From Octopus sinensis (Eukaryota), in NCBI RefSeq assembly GCF_006345805.1, contig NC_043003.1, positions 54,684,001 to 54,748,000 of the forward strand: 64,000 bases of DNA, read 5' to 3'. This document shows, piece after piece, positions 28,301-41,429 of this stretch; position 1 is the stretch's first letter, and each line of letters begins with the position of its first letter. A program made the translations under genes and the position numbers. Below the pieces are notes generated by a model. The model was given only the letters and a program-made list of their open reading frames with translations, made no database searches and was not told the DNA's origin.

Positions 28301-29659
28301 CAAAGCACGCCCCAGCGATTATCCAGAGTGCTCAGGGCGACCTGAGGGCCCGGTACGAAGACTTTTCTTCCCCATGTTTTGCCTATATGTTCTAGTCTAC
28401 ACTGATGATTTAACAGGGTGTTTTGCTTTTGGAAACAAACACCCGTTATAAACGATGAAATATATTTAGGAATACTTTCGAGACAATGTCGAAAATTGAA
28501 TTTTCCAGGTTTTCGATTGTTAGAAATATTTATGTATTAAATAAAAATGAAAGTGACAACATTTTCGCTGCACTAGAGTTCCAGTCATGCATTAGTTTTA
28601 GTAGAAAGTAGAAACAGAGCTACAAATATGGTCGTTTCAATATAATGCAGCTCATTAAGATTTCATCCTATATCGGTATTGGTGATTGGATCACAGGTAA
28701 ATGTCAAATCACAACTTTCTGCTTAGTTTTATCAACAGTTGTAACTTCTTGTGCGCATCCAATGGATTAGGTCTGCTCACACCACCGTTCTTATTCGCCA
28801 TAGAATTTTCATTAGAGAGAATGACAAACGTGGCCCCTTTAAAAGATGTATGCCTGTATGTATTCTTATGCATATACTTGCATATCTAGACATGCTCATA
28901 TATACTTAAATAATGTAGTTCTGGAAGGATTTATCAGAATTTTACAGTTCCAGTGATGGCTTGGATCTGTAGTCTTTAAATCAGGGGTCAGGCAAAAGAA
29001 AGAAAAAAGTTGTGAAAGAGCCAAATTGGTGGATGGAACTGCTTAACCACGTGAAATATGCAACTATCAAATGGAAAAGCTTCATATAAAATTCTGACAC
29101 AAACCACCAAGGGAAATAAAAATGATGAAACAAAGAGAAAAATTCCGAAAACTTATTTTTATTAATTATGTCGGCAGATCAGACTGGCTTTAATGTTTCC
29201 AAGATTTGAGGCAGATCTTATCAATCTATTAATAAATTAGTCTTTAAAATATTGAAGACAAGTTCGTTTTCTACATCTTTATGATTTTTAAAAACGTAAT
29301 CGACGTGTGTGTGCGTGGGTGTGTGTGTATGCATGTATGTAGTACGTACAGGTATATGGATCTATACATATATATACACAAATGCCACGATATATGTGGA
29401 AATTATATTTCCACCATATATGTGCAAATATAATTCTTTTAAATTATATATAATACATAATCTGTAATCTCAAGAGGCAGGCAATTTGAGATTATACAAA
29501 CACACATATTATATACATAATTATGCATACAAATATAATTCCATATTTAATTTGAAATATATGAAATATTTATAGAAATAATATTATAGTGTATTTAAAT
29601 AATTACACACAATACCATATGTACCTGCATATACATGCATATGTATACATGTGCATGTA

Positions 29660-30185
29660 TACATGGTCTGATCAGTAAGTAGCTGGACTGTTACCATAGT
29701 AATGAACCTAAAGCATGCAGACTAAAACCGCTTGGTACAGATTCACCTTCAAAGTTGTTGTGCATGCGCATTAAGATTTAACGTTGTAACTCACTTCCGC
29801 TGTTTACAGCAGTGCTTGGAAGGAAAGTGTGTAGTATGTGACTATAACAGAGAAAGTTGAGCAGAGAATCTGCATAAAATTTTGCTAAATTCTTGGCGAT
29901 ACCTGTTCAGAGGCCTACGTAAAATTTTCAAAAATTTTTCATCATATTTTTGACACAATCAAGTTCTTGTGCAACTGAAACACAGGTGTCTCTTTGGTCA
30001 AGCTGAAAGCATTTATGACACAAATTTGGGAGACACGCATCTCATACCCAAATCTTTAGTTATGATGGACTGAACTGAATCGTAGTGGAAGTGAGCAGGA
30101 ACGTTATAACTTAGTGCACATGCACAGCGGATTTCAATGTCAACCTTTGCCAAGTGGCTTCATTCTGCGTGCTTTAGCTTCGGAT
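29660..30185. mobile_element. Rearranged mariner derivative (two 5' arms facing each other)
   Basis: + strand EKVEQRICIKFC*ILGDTCSEAY (mariner N-terminus) at 29844-29940; - strand SVQSIITKDLGMRCVSPKFV; 30085-30185 is a diverged inverted copy of 29700-29800. Confidence 0.7.
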
Positions 30186-30228
30186 AATGGGTTTAACTTT
30201 ATTGTTTAGCTTGATAATTAAACAATTA

Positions 30229-31535
30229 AGTATGGCATATACAGATAAGATAGTACCCCTGGAGTGGAATTCATCACTGAAAGACATACCTATCCTAACA
30301 AAAAAAGAATTCAAGATTAAACTGATAAATAATATAAAGGTTTTCATGAATAGACTTATAGAAAGCGTACTACTATAATAATGAAAATACTATAGACGTT
30401 AATAATACAGACAATAATAAATTTATTAGGAATGTATTTAAATCTAGGGAAGAACCACCGTACAATAAAGAAATGCAAAACTTGAAAGACAAAATTTGGG
30501 GAATAGTAAAAAAAATCCAGAATTTTCTAAATACCCGAACATGCATTATAATTATCTTAAAAACTTAGCTATCAAGATAAAAGAACTGAGAAATACCGAA
30601 TGAATCTTTGTACAATCTGACAAAACCAGAAACGTATATAGATTAGATATAGAAATACATAATAGGTTACTAGAGAAAGAAATCAATAAAAAATATAAAA
30701 TAGTTCAAAATAATACTTCAGAGAAAATAAATAAGTGTTATAAATAAATTATGACGAATTATGAACTAGATAAAAAAACAGAACCCTACGTGCCATTGCA
30801 CCCAAGGAAAACGCTAAAAGACAATAAAGATAATTTCTATGCAGACCCTAAAGTCCGACTAATATGCCCATGTAAGTCAGACCTAGGAAAACTGAGTAAA
30901 TTAATTTTAGATAAATATATAAACAAATTAAATAATTTAGGTCACCTAAAGTTATGAGGCAGTAGAATGGAAACTTTACAATGGTTTAAAAATATAAAAA
31001 ACAATAAGGAATATAAGTTCATACAAATAGATATTGATAATTATTATGCTTCCATAAATGAAATAGTGTTGAATAAAGCCTTGATATATGCTAAAAATAT
31101 AAAAAGAATGACGATGGAAGAAATTTAGTCTAAATGGCAAGAACAACGCTCATTAAATACAAAAATAATGGGCGAGAAAAGACACAAGGGATTATTTTGA
31201 TGTACTTATGGGAGCGCCAGATTTAGCAGAGGTAACCGACCTAGTTGGGATATATCTGCTTTCTGAATTAGAATTAGTAAATTTAAATATAGAGGGGGGG
31301 GGCTTATATAGGGATGATGTACTTTTAATAGCAAAAAATTGAACAAACAGAACTCTTGAAAATTATAAAAAGAAAGTATACAGGTTTTTAAAAAATTATG
31401 GGTTAGAAACTACTATATATAATGAACATTATAATGTAAATTTTTTAGATGCAAATTTGAATATTGCTACAGGGTTAATATAGCCTTTCCATAAACTTAA
31501 TGAAAACCTAACATACATAAATGCAGATAGTAATC
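30229..31535 (+). mobile_element. Penelope-like element (PLE): N-terminus and RT, decayed, 3'-truncated
   Basis: SLKDIPI..., IFVQSDKTRNVY (DKT motif), KDNKDNF..PKVRLICPCKSDLGKLSKLILD, FIQIDIDNYYASI, MGAPDLAEVTDLVGIYLL, GLYRDD, VNFLDANL, YINADSNHP; stops and frameshifts; no GIY-YIG retained. Confidence 0.85.
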
Positions 31536-34356
31536 ACCCCACGTACTTACGTATGTATGTTTGTATGCATATATATAGGTGTGTGTGTATGTACGTACGT
31601 ATGTATGTATGTATGTATGTATGTATGTATGTATGTATGTATGTATGTATGTATGTATGTATGTATGTATGTATTTATGTATGTATGGTCATTATTCAGT
31701 TTTATTTCAAGCTTTCTTGCCAACAAAGAAAGAGCCGCTTTCATTGGAATTTCAACATCAACAACAGAGTATATTTGTATGCATGTATGTATGCATGATA
31801 TACTCAAGACTAATATACTCAATATCGAATTGAATAAATCAGATGAATGCGAATAAAAATTGGTTGTTGAATAAGATGGAGTGTTGCAAAAGTAGATATA
31901 TTGAGCTACAGGGAAAAGAGAGAATATATTATTAAGGAAAAAGAGAATATATCATTAAGAGAAGACAAAAAGACAGGTCAGTGATACTGTTAAGAATTCA
32001 ATTGCAACCAGATTCAGTTTGATAACGTTGATCATAAATGATAACATTAAAATGTACTCATTAAAATATGGGCAGCTGTTTATTGGCTCACTGTTTGCAT
32101 TTGAGCCGAACTGTTACAAGATCTGTAGATTAAGGCTTGCCTCATCTGCAAGATAATGTCTGCATTCTCCTCAATTCTCGTTCTTTATTGCATTCTATAA
32201 TTTTCTCATCAATTCCACTCTCTCTTTCTCTTTCTCTCTCTCTCTATCTATCTATATATCTCTATATTATATATTTGTGCGAATGTGTGTACATATATAA
32301 TTAAGAATGTTATTGAATTACCTCCTAAATAAACAAGAACCAATCTACAAGCAATTCTTATTCCTATATGTTTGTGTACACGTGTAACAGACAAAGTATC
32401 ATTCCTCTAAGTACGGGAGTGTAATTTGTTTAGGGCAGTAATATAAAGGAAACTCGAAATTGAAAAAAATTAAAGAGCCAGCACTTGCTGAGAAACCAAG
32501 AAAACGAAACACAACTTATTGTTCCGCCTTCTACCGATTCTGGCTATATCTGGCATTAGATATATCACCTCACTCAGTCAATGCAAGCTTGATTCTTACT
32601 AAAGCCGTCAATAAAGACCTAGATGGAGCATATGCTTAGCTTCACAGAACAGCAACATTTATCTCAATCCACTATGCAGATTCCTTTTATTCCAAATTAG
32701 CACAGATCTAAACTCGGAGTACAGCCCAGTAGAAGATCCTGAAATGCGATAGCTGAAGTAAAAAGATATGTGCTTTTATGGCAAATGAACAATGAAGAGA
32801 CCGCCTACGACGCGTGATATTTAAATGTTTACACGTCTTTCATTACCAGTTAGCTACTACCTGCAGTAGGATTCTGGGACTACAGGAGGCTCATTGTCAG
32901 TGTGGCTTCACCAAATCGAGCCTTGTTGATGATGATGATGGTAGTAGTGGTGGTGGTGGTGGTAATGAAAATGTTTATATGTATATATTTACATATGTTT
33001 GTGCGTATATATATATATATATATATATATGCATATAATATATATATATATATGCATATAATATATATATATACATGCATAAATAAAAAGATATAGCCAT
33101 ATGAATCTATAAAGATATCCATGAATAAATTTAGAACTCACCTTTGTACAAATAAATATCAATCTATACAATTATATACATAGCTACACGCATTCATACA
33201 TTCAATCAAAAATTTATAAAGAGAAATTATATAGAAAGCAAAAACACCCATAATACTTTTTCAGTAAATAGCCAAGAGTCTGCCTCGAACAATACATACA
33301 TAGTCAGATGCACGCACAAACGCACGTACGCACACACAAACACACGCACATACACACACAGACACATACATACATACATAATACACACATACAAACACAC
33401 ACGCACATGCATATATAATATGCAGAAATATATTTTCACTTCCATTATTTGTATTGGTATAAATGTACATACATATGTATACATATACACAAATTTACGT
33501 AAATTTATGAATTGTATATATATATATATATATATATATACATTTACATTGGTGCCTACACACACACACATATATATATATATCAGGTATATATCATATA
33601 AATGCATACACAGAAACAAGCATATACACACACATGTATATATATATTATATATATATATATAATATATATATATATCAACCGGGAAATGCACGTACAAA
33701 ACTATGAAACGACTAAAGAAATGTAAGCAACTTTAATTTTGGTCAAACAAAAAACAATAAGCAAGTTAAATATAGAGAAAAATGTAGTTCAATCGCACAA
33801 GAGCATTAATAATTCTTAGTTCATAACGAATACAAAAAGATATTATAGCTAAATGAATATTTATCTTAAGTAAGCAACACATTTAAAGAAATAGATTTTT
33901 TATGAATAAATATAGCGGAAATCAGCTGAGGGTAAATATTTCTTTCATTGCAAAATCAGTCACTGATATTTTTGTTAATATTATGCTCTTATTAAGACAT
34001 TATATACTTATGTGGTGTGTTTGTGTTTATGTATGTGTCCACGTGTGCGTGTACGTATGCGTGTGCGCGCACATGTGTATGGTTCTCTCTCTCTCTCTCT
34101 ACATATATATATATATGTCGCTCTGTGTATGTGTATGTACAATGAAGTGCTTCGCGTTGTTGCGCCATTGTATTCTGTGTTCAAATTCCATCGAGTTCCA
34201 CTTTGCCTTCCTGCATTCCGGAGCTGCTAAAATGAAAGAATAGTTGGATATGGAACTCTATGATATCGACTTATTATCAACGTTCAAAATTGCTGATTCT
34301 GCGCCGAAATCAGAAGCAACACACATTCACACATTTCTCTCTCTTTTTCTCTATGC

Positions 34357-34388
<32 letters not shown>

Positions 34389-34491
34389 ATCATGAATAAG
34401 TATATCTTTCTCTGGTCTGAGTACTTTCCTCTGCTGTCGTAAAAATAAAACTGTGGGTGCATGCATGCATGCATTTATACAAATATTTCTG

Positions 34492-34541
<50 letters not shown>

Positions 34542-34594
34542 ATGTATGTATGTATATATATAGAGAGAGAGATGCATATATATATATATAATAT

Positions 34595-34640
<46 letters not shown>

Positions 34641-35454
34641 ATATATATAGTATATATATATATATATAATATAAAATATAAATCAGAGATGAAACCACTA
34701 TTATGCAACTGAAAACATAAATAACAAATAATATATATTTTTATAAAACATATAACTAGGTCTCAAAAAGTATAAAAATGAATGATCAATATATAATAAG
34801 TAAAAAAAGTAGTTATATGTTTTATAAAAATATATATTATTTGTTATTTATGTTTTGGTTTATGTCTATCACTGAGTTGCATGATGGAGGTTTTATCTCT
34901 AATTTATATTTTATATATTTATATTGTGAAAATTGATTTAATACTAAATTGAATTTCTCCCTGTAAGTTTGGAGTTATACTCCACATTACACAAATAATG
35001 TTCGTATCTCTTTTAAAGGCAAAATAAAGAGAATAGTGTATAACTGCCGAGATATTAGTGAGTTATTCTCATATACAGAACGACTTACACAAACATTCAT
35101 ACATATATGTACACTCGATGTGCAACCAGATTACATGCACATAAACATGCAAGAAATATACAAGAGTGTGGACCACAATTATATATACTCACGCAAACCT
35201 GTTCTCTATACTCCAGACGCACAAAAATAATCTATCGCTACACGCGTTTCCATACATCATGTTTCTTCAGATCATAGTCTGTGTTCTTTAGATCAGGAAT
35301 CCTTTTCAGCGTTAGTTAGGCACTTTCCCAAATCTTATCTCGAAATTATCAACAGGCATAATGTACAAATAAATATATGTGACCTCTCGCAATCTAGAAT
35401 GCTACATACTCAAACTAAATAATACAAAACAAAATACAATAAACTTAGAGGCGG

Positions 35455-35700
35455 CATATTACTTATTCTATTGGTCTTTTTTGCCGAACCGCTAGGCCGC
35501 TAAGTTACGGGGACATAAACACACCAGCATCGGTTGTCAAGCGATGTTGGGGGGACAAACACAGACACAGAAAGTACACACACATACACACACATACACT
35601 TATATATACACATATATACGACGGGCTTCATTCAGTTACCATCTACCACATCCACTCACAATCCCATGGCAAAGCATTTTGGATAAGTGTCTTCCACTTA
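35455..35700. mobile_element. SINE family B pieces with an internal orientation switch
   Basis: 35455-35660 is - strand body; ~35663-35700 matches the CORE-like segment in + orientation. Confidence 0.6.
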
Positions 35701-36478
35701 TTGTTATCAGCTGGGCATGCTATATCTATGATCCAGCATTGTTTGCTTTCTCTCTCGATTAAGACTATGTCTGGCTTTCTATTCTCTATCTCATAGTCGC
35801 GCTAAATCATAGAATCCCACAGGAACTAAGTATTATCATTTTCGATGATGCCTTCGGGTTTGTGGTCGTACCAATTTTTTTCTCTGTCAAGCCCATACTT
35901 GTTGCAAAGTGTCCAATGGAGAAGCCTGGCTATATTGTCGTGGCGTTTCTTATATTGCTTCTGGGCTAGTGGCATACATTGGCTGGTAATATGCCATACG
36001 GTTTCACCGTTTTGTCCACAGATTCTGCACTTATTATTTTCTGTTATGTTGTCTATTCTGTATTTTATGTAGTTTGTTCTTAGTGCTTGCTCTTGGGCAG
36101 CACAGATTAGAGCCTCCGTTTCCGGTTTTAAATTACTTTCAATCCTCCACAGCCATCTTTTTTCTCTGTCTGTCTTATCTTCAACATTCCTATGATATTG
36201 ACCATGCATTCTTTTCTTTACCCACCTATTTTCAGTTTCATTCGTTTTCAATTTCTTGTACAGTTCTTTATCTTTGCAATCTTTCATCCTACACAAGCCT
36301 GATCTTCTTACTTCTAATAATAGCAGTTCTGTGGAATTTTTTACGTTCTATGCTATGTTGTTTTCTTCTGCTCTAATGCTGTGTTCGCATCCAATGAGTC
36401 CTCTTCCCCCTCTTTTTCTCAGCCTGACAGTGTCACTTTTTGAGTGAGGTGTCCCATATCTAGTTAGCAACTTCCTTG
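35700..36478 (-). mobile_element. R4/Dong LINE internal fragment (lineage D), 3' end missing
   Basis: ORF 35826-36296: KPETEALICAAQEQALRTN..CRICGQNGETVWHITSQC..RHD; continues ..KPDIVLIERESKQCWIIDIACPADN and stops abruptly at ~35700. Confidence 0.85.
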
Positions 36479-36484
36479 TTTTTC

Positions 36485-36530
<46 letters not shown>

Positions 36531-36536
36531 GTCATC

Positions 36537-36578
<42 letters not shown>

Positions 36579-36584
36579 GTCATC

Positions 36585-36630
<46 letters not shown>

Positions 36631-36652
36631 CATTATTATTATTATTATTATT

Positions 36653-36781
36653 CAGTAGTTTTATTTTTATAGCGTGCTTTCACTTCACTAGCGAGCGCAG
36701 ATCTGTGTGCCTTGGGTATGTGCTGTGATTTGTTGTGATGCCCTGATGGTTATTGTATGGAAAGTGTTCTGCGTAGGATGT
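36653..36781 (-). mobile_element. R4/Dong lineage A, extreme 3' fragment
   Basis: Matches the last codons (ILRRTLSIQ*) and 3' UTR of the copies at 37565 and 49611; flanked by (TTA)n. Confidence 0.85.
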
Positions 36782-36785
36782 ATTA

Positions 36786-36838
<53 letters not shown>

Positions 36839-36908
36839 TATTATTATTATTATTATTATCATTACTACTACTACTACTACTACTATTATTATTATTATTA
36901 TTATTATT

Positions 36909-37461
36909 GAGTGAGAGAGCAGTGCATGCCATCAAAGTGACACTGGGGTAAAATATACGAAGCCCAATATACCCATCATGACTACCCGTCTGATAAGGTA
37001 CACCAGGCACATGCATCACAACCATATGTGCGCGACATGGTGATCTCATATCAAGATAAACAGCACATGACCTTGCAGGAGGGGCCCAGTTAGAATTTTC
37101 TTCAGGTTGAGTAGCCCATCCCGCTCAAAAGGTCCCTGAATAAGGGTTGTTTAAGGATGTTGAAAGAACCACCCATGTTTCCAGAGGTGAATTATTCAAA
37201 CCCCAAAGAATCCCTCTCAACACATGGCTATGATGCTCCCCCACTACTTCTGCTCGTGATCAGAGATGCACATATCGTCAGCCACTAAGGGACATGCTCA
37301 ACTGGTTAAAGTCAAACAACTGACAAGCAAATCTGTGGTATTGAGCAGAATATTTGCTGTAGCCCATTTTTTATACCAAGACAAAACAATGTACATGATA
37401 AAACTTCCAATCAGTTAAAATCAGAAGCCATGAGAGCCACTGCCTGGTACTGCATCAGGGC

Positions 37462-37463
<2 letters not shown>
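36909..37463 (-). mobile_element. Element X, full-length copy
   Basis: Starts atgccctgatgcagtacc like the 46366 copy; flanked by (TTA)n. Confidence 0.85.
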
Positions 37464-37531
<68 letters not shown>

Positions 37532-37564
37532 GTTATTGTCATCGTTATTATTATTATTATTATT

Positions 37565-38900
37565 CAGTAGTTTTATTTTTATAGCGTGCTTTCACTTCAC
37601 TACCGAGCGCAGCTCAGTGTGCCTTGGGTATGTGCTGTGATTTGTTGTGATGCTCTGATGGTTATTGTATGGAAAGTGTTCTGCGTAGGATGTGTGCAGT
37701 GCCTAGTAGTGCAATTTTCTGTATGTTATATGTGTTAGTAAGTCCTGGTGTTTTTGTTATGTATTTGTCTGAATATTTTTTTATCATGCCTAATGCACCT
37801 ACTATGATAGGAACTGTTTCTGTTTTCAGGTTCCACATTCTAGTTACCTCTATTTCCAGGTCTTTGTATTTTGAGAGTTTCTCCATTTCTTTTTCAGAGA
37901 CACGTTGTCATCTGCCGGTATTGATACATCAATTAGAAAGCATTTTTTTCTTCATGATCTCTGACAACTATATCTGGTCTGTTGGCCTTAATTTCTCTAT
38001 CTGTGTGTATCGGCATATCCCAGAGTATGGTTGCTTTCTCGTTTTCTGTGACCTTTTCTGGTGTGTGCCTATACCATCTTTTTTTCTGTTGTTATTCCAT
38101 AATGTTGGTATAGCTTCCAATGTATGTAGGTCCCAACTCTGTCATGTCTGTGAATATATTCCTTCTTAGCCAGGACTGGGCAGCTAGAGATAATATGATT
38201 TATTGTTTCTTGTCCATCTCCACATATTCTGCAGTTACTTGTAATATTTCTTTTCATTACATGTTTTTGGTAATTTCTGGTGGGGAGGCTTTGGTCTTGT
38301 GCTGCAATTAAAAATCCCTCTGTTTCTGCTTTGAGTCCTGAGCTTCTCAACCATTGCTGGGATTTTTCTTTGTCTATTTCTTTTGCGTTTAGTTTAGTGC
38401 AGTATTTACCATGAAGGGGTTTTCTTGCCATCGTTTTATCATGGCTCGTTGCTGTTCTATTTTTAGTTTGGATTTCATTTGTTTTATAGCTTTTGTTGTT
38501 TCTTCATCATCTTCTTCTTCTTCTTTGTGTTTATTAGGTGGTATGATTTCTTGTTTGTATTTGTCAGCTTCCTTAAATACTGAGAACAGTTTTTTGTTTT
38601 GCTCGTGTTTTGCTGCTATCTGGATCAGTTTTCCTTCCTTCTGAAGTAGGTATTTTTGCAGTCCTATGGTGGTTATTTTATAGTAGTTTTCCAGCTGTAT
38701 AAGGCCTCTACCACCTTCTATACGTTGTATATATAGTCTTTCTATGTCAGATTTTGGGTGATGCATCCTAGATCCTGTCAGTATTTTTCTTGTTTCCTAT
38801 CTATTTTGGACAGTTCATTTCGTGTCCAGTTAAGGATATTGTAGCTGTAACTTATAACTGGGACAGCTAAAGTGTTGATACCTATTATCTTGTTTTTTTG

Positions 38901-38905
<5 letters not shown>
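37565..38905 (-). mobile_element. R4/Dong lineage A, 3' 1.3 kb (RT thumb, CCHC knuckle, RLE), frameshifted
   Basis: INTLAVPVISYS..., HHPKSDIERLYIQRIEGGRGL, AAQDQSLPTRNY, CRICGDGQETINHIISSC, KLSKYKDLEIEVTRMW..GTAHILRRTLSIQ*. Confidence 0.92.
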
Positions 38906-38931
<26 letters not shown>

Positions 38932-39164
38932 GTTATTGTCATCGTTAATTATTATTATTATTATTATTATTATATTATTATTATTATTGTTATTGTCATC
39001 GTTATTATTATTATATTTATTATATTATTATTGTCATCGTTATTATTATTATTATTATTATTATATTATTATTATGTCATGTCTTATTATTATTATTATT
39101 TTATTATTATTATTATTATTATTATAAACTACTACTACTACTACTACTATTATTATCATTATTA

Positions 39165-39223
<59 letters not shown>

Positions 39224-39229
39224 ATTATT

Positions 39230-39485
39230 GCCTTTGCACAGCTTCTAACGCTGGGGATGTACTACAGTGTCAGATGTTCACTATCAGTGAACTAAGGTAG
39301 CACCTTCCAGGATATTCGAGCAGTTCCAAACTGCTGTTTTCTGCAAGTGCTCCGCCCTTATTGCAGCCCGTGTTTGTTCCACGTACTTCTTGAGATTTTT
39401 GCTCACTGTTCCCAGGGCTCCGAGAATTATTTGTACTACTGCTACCTTTTTCATCGACCACAACTGCTTAACTTCTCAAGCTAAC
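39230..39485 (-). mobile_element. R4/Dong 3' fragment (different lineage, possibly the same family as D)
   Basis: LWSMKKVAVVQIILGALGTVSKNLKKY..HLQKTA; abuts a (TTA)n tract on its 3' side. Confidence 0.7.
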
Positions 39486-39527
39486 CTAGTAGTAGTCGTA
39501 GTAATAGTAGTAGTAGCAGCAAGAGTA

Positions 39528-39558
<31 letters not shown>

Positions 39559-39693
39559 TTTTGTTGCAGTTGTAGTAGTAGTTGTAATAATAATACAAGT
39601 AGTAATTGTTGTTTTAGCTGTAACAGTAGTAGTGTTGTAAATTTTATGTTTTTTGTTTGTTTTTATTCTTGTTTCTCATGTTACTCTTTCCAG

Positions 39694-39740
39694 GTAACGG
39701 ATCAGCAGATACCCTGGCCATATTCATCCGCTTGATATAG
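39694..39740 (+). CDS. Terminal coding exon that fits the gene above but lies on the opposite strand
   Basis: Long polypyrimidine tract and acceptor ttactctttccag|gt; 2+15x3 nt; (G)NGSADTLAIFIRLI*. The phase completes exon 4's split Gly codon. AATAAA at 40255-40260 is followed by a GT-rich stretch. Confidence 0.75.
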
Positions 39741-39852
39741 AAATAACCAAAACATATGCAGGCATCGTTAGTATTGTTGTTGCTATACCTGTCAATATGA
39801 CCATCTATATATCTATACCATTTCTCTAACTATACCATCTATATATCTATAC

Positions 39853-40079
39853 CAGTGGCTCTCAGACAGGGCTCACATGACCCTTGGGTGGAGGGCCATA
39901 TAAGATTTTGTTGTTAAAATCTATGTACAATAAATTGTTTATACTTCTTCAACCAACAAAATATTAGAATAATACAATTCCTAATAATATTTAATTACCA
40001 AAAATATATTAGGATTCCTTAAACATCAAATGGCTATGACGGGTCACTCAAGTAAAATAAGAATCGACAGGGACCACTG
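39853..40079. mobile_element. hAT-like MITE in the 3' UTR of the terminal exon
   Basis: Ends CAGTGGCTCTC / AGGGACCACTG; TSD not recognisable. Confidence 0.5.
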
Positions 40080-40336
40080 ATCCTAACCATCTATATATCT
40101 ATGAGAGCTATATCCCCATATATATATCTATACCATCTATGACCATCTATATATCTATATCATATCAATGCTATCTATACTATACTATATCTATACCACC
40201 TATATATATACTATATGACCATCACCGCTAACCCACACTCCATGTACACCACTCAATAAAAGTCTGTTCAACATTGGTCTTTGTTGTGATTCTCTTTCAT
40301 TCTCTCTCTCTCTCTTTTTGACTTTGAGTTAAAGAG

Positions 40337-40376
<40 letters not shown>

Positions 40377-40380
40377 GTAT

Positions 40381-40523
40381 TTAGCGGTTCGGCAAAAGAG
40401 ACCGATAGAATAAGTACTGGGCTTACAAAAGAATAAGTCCCGGGGTCGATTTGCTCGACTAGAGGCGGTGCTCCAGCATGGCCGCAGTCAAATGACTGAA
40501 ACAAGTAAAAGAGTAAAAGAGTA
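40381..40523 (+). mobile_element. SINE family B, 3' half only
   Basis: Starts abruptly at TTAGCGGTTCGG after an (ATT)n tract. Confidence 0.85.
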
Positions 40524-40524
40524 A

Positions 40525-40740
40525 TACCGATTGTTCCTCCTAGTCAGAAGAGTGCCGTCCCTTTCTTCGAACCTTGCACAAACCATGTGCATACAGAGGT
40601 GGTTCCTCAGCCCAGCTTCCGTTCTGCAAAACTCGTTCACAAATATAACTCTTGAATTGTCTGTCTCATGACATCGCTGGCTGCTGCATCGTCGTGACCT
40701 CATATATTTTACCATGCATGGTTAGGCCGCCAGATGACTT
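40525..40740 (-). mobile_element. Possible RTE 3' end remnant
   Basis: Basic stretch, then ..FCRTEAGLRNHLCMH (decayed C-terminal zinc-finger-like motif). Confidence 0.35.
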
Positions 40741-40889
40741 GTGTGTACACCTATATACCTATATTTCTCATTCACACATACTTTCTCATATATATGAATG
40801 CGAACTTTTGTGGTTTGTGTGTGCGATTGTGAAGATACGCACAAAGTTTCCCTCCCGCATATTTTTATGTATTTACTTATTGATGTTCG

Positions 40890-40944
<55 letters not shown>

Positions 40945-40961
40945 ATATATATATATATATA

Positions 40962-41001
<40 letters not shown>

Positions 41002-41391
41002 TAATATAGGATAAAATTTTTCGAAAAAAATTTTATCTATGGCCAGCATGTTAAAAAATACCTTTCAAGGTTAAATTTATAAACACCTTATAAACAAGGG
41101 CAAAAGAAAAAAATTTCTAATGCCAAATATGCCGTAACTAGACAGATCGACCATGACCATATAATTCATCACTATAAGCAGGCGTCTCGAAGAAAGTCGA
41201 CAGAAATTTCTAAACAATTCCGTTATTATCAAACGGATAATAAGTTGTATATATATATATATACACATGTGTGTGTGTGTATCAAAATAAGCAACAGGAT
41301 ATCCAGAGGTAATGCAGTACGATCGATTCAAGCGATTTCGTTTAATGGAACAATGCAACCATTAAATCAATTTAAATGCAGAGGAATCCTC

Positions 41392-41429
<38 letters not shown>

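Noticed and set aside
30598-31201. In-frame TGAs in the PLE as selenocysteine (as in Naiad PLEs)
   Set aside because: TAA/TAG stops and frameshifts are also present, and one TGA aligns with an expected Trp; ordinary decay.
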